Source of the DNA: Eledone cirrhosa
Lineage: Eukaryota
Direction: 5' to 3'
DNA: 64,000 bases
Assembly (NCBI GenBank): GCA_964016885.1
Contig: OZ024742.1
Span: 132,308,001 to 132,372,000, forward strand
Each line of letters starts with the position of its first letter. Positions within the stretch are counted from its first letter, which is position 1. A program made the translations under genes and the position numbers. Of this stretch, positions 61,828 to 64,000 are shown piece by piece. The notes under the pieces are model-generated. The model saw only the letters and a list, made by a program, of their open reading frames with translations. It searched no databases and was not told where the DNA came from.

Positions 61828-64000
61828 CTATTATATATATATAGAAGAGTTAGATGGAGGGCCTACCACTTCGATAAAAAATCTAAATATGCAGATAGGA
61901 AATATATGTATGATTTCAATACTTACAAGAATCCACCACACAACTCTTTGCTTGAAGACTTTCAGAAAGACCTTTTTAATTTAATTAAACACCTCAAATT
62001 TAAGAAGTATAAATCTGTCTTTCAAAAGGACCTTGATTCTACCATATTGGACCTAAAAAAGTCTAAAAAAATCCATGTCCACTCGGACAAAACTGGTAAC
62101 TTGTATCACATGGATATTGAAGATTATAATGAGTTCATATATAAAGAACTCAGGAAAAATTATAAAAAATCTAATAATGCGTCACTCACCAACATCAACA
62201 ACAAAACACACAACATAGTAAAAAAACTAAACATTGAAGATAGAACTGAACCTTTGGCATTGAAAAGACCACACTTCAACCTGAAGGATCATAAATCAAA
62301 CTTTAACTCAAATCCTTCTATAAGACTTATATGTCCCTCCAAATCTGATATTGGAATAATTAGCAAAAAAAATTTGGATGGAGTCATCCCACAAATAAGA
62401 AAACACGTTAATTTACCACTCTGGGAAAACACTTCCCAGGTAATTAACTGGTTTCAAAATATTAGATGTAAATCTTCTGCTTCATTTCTACAATTTGATA
62501 TAGATAATTACTATTCTTCTATATCAACTATACTCCTGAACAAAGCATTGTTATTTGCTAAAAATAGATCTAACTTAACTTTGGATGACATTAATATTAT
62601 TACACATGCTAGACTAACACTTATTGAATTTCAGAATGAATACTGGACCAGAAACACATATAGTAATCTATTTGATATTACTATGGGTTCAAGCGATTCC
62701 GCCCAAATTACTGATCTTGTGGGCCTCTTTCTCCTTTTCAACATAAATGCCTCCTTTCCCCACCTTAAAGGTGGTTTATATCGTGATGACTGTCTTCTTC
62801 TTTCCAACAACCTTAGCCTTTCAGAAATAGAAAAAAACAAAAAGCATATTAGAACTTTCCTTAAAGACTATTATAGTCTTCATATTACTTTTGAAAAAAC
62901 AAGTAAAGTAGCAAATTTCCTAGATATAACTTTAGACTTAGCTACGGGTATCTACCAACCTTACCATAAACCCAACCAAAACTTACACTACATACACTCA
63001 CAATCTAATCACCCTAAATCTATCCTTAAAAACCTTGCATATAATATATCACTTAGAATTTCTAACCTTTCTTCTAACCAAGATGTATTTGATAAAAATG
63101 CGACCTTCTATAACGAAGCTCTAGATAGAAGTGGCCACAAAAATAGATTAGAATATATACCTTCTACTAAAAATACTATAAACATACAACCTAATATTAC
63201 CAACAAACACCAAATGAAAAGTACACACCTAAATGCCACCCACATTATACCCCAAAATACCAACAACTCTTCTAATATAAAGTATAGTAACTCTCAAAAA
63301 ACTACTCATCATACAACTCTAATAAATGTTAATAATAAAACCCCTAATAAACAAGATAAAACACCTAAATCTATAAATCTAACTAAAAATGTGCGTGGTG
63401 AAATCATTAACATTAATCCTCCTAGTAAACATCACGATACAACCTATAAAAATAATAAACAACATAGAAACCGTAATAGACGAGTTACTTGGTATAATGC
63501 TCCATTTAATTTACAAATTAAGGATAATATTGCTAAAAAACTTTTTTATATCCTAGAGAAAAACTTCCCGCCAAACCACAAATACCATCAAATCTTAAAT
63601 AGGTCTACAGTTAAATTCTCATACTCAACATCCAATAACATAAAACAAAATATAAATGCCTATAATGCATATAAATGTAAGAATACCATAAGTATACCAC
63701 CAATACATCAAACTAACCATAATATCTCCTCAAATACAGAATTAACGAAAGGTTGTAACTGTAGAAACAAAGCAAACTGCCCATTAAAAGGAAATTGTCT
63801 TGTTAACAACATAGTTTATAAATGTAATGTTAAAACTAAAGATTCTATTTGCTCATATATAGGAGCTACTTCTAACAATTTTAAGGTAAGGTTTGATACC
63901 CACAAACATAGTTTTAAAAATGCCGCACTGGCTAATACAACATCTCTAGCAGAAAAAATCAATAGTTATAAAAATAAGAATATAGAATATGATATGACCT
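61828..64000 (+). CDS. Naiad-type Penelope-like RT + GIY-YIG ORF, open to the window end (5'-truncated at (TA)n)
   Basis: Manual frame-1 translation shows no stop for ~720 codons: RVRWRAYHF, SDKTGNLY, LKDHK, RLICPSKSDIG, FLQFDIDNYYSSI, MGSSDSAQ, GLYRDD, NFLDITL, WYNAPF, CNCRNKANCPLKGNCL..IVY..YIG. It is absent from the ORF track because it has no stop inside the window. Confidence 0.9.

Overview
This is AT-rich eukaryotic DNA, full of microsatellites and made almost entirely of transposable elements. The repeat families suggest a cephalopod (Octopus-like) genome, which is my inference. I found no intact host gene, rRNA, tRNA gene or CRISPR array. The window holds: (1) at least six Tx1/L1-clade LINE copies from several families, four of them stacked head-to-tail at ~29.3-46.8 kb and bounded by (TTA)n tracts in the same polarity; (2) Penelope-like elements (Naiad-type and Neptune-type RT + GIY-YIG), including an uninterrupted ORF running off the window end, plus many solo pseudo-LTR fragments carrying hammerhead ribozyme motifs and fold-back inverted repeats at (TA)n; (3) R4/Dong-like RLE LINEs in (CATA)n and (TAA)n; (4) RTE fragments; (5) a tRNA-head Nin/Deu-domain SINE whose 3' tail resembles the Tx1 3' end; (6) mariner, hAT and non-autonomous Helitron remnants. 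The most notable patterns are that each retroelement class occupies its own microsatellite type, that the Tx1 copies form a self-propagating (TTA)n-bounded array with a candidate partner SINE, and that several hammerheads carry large stem-II insertions and variant cores. All alignments and folds were done by eye, so coordinates are approximate.
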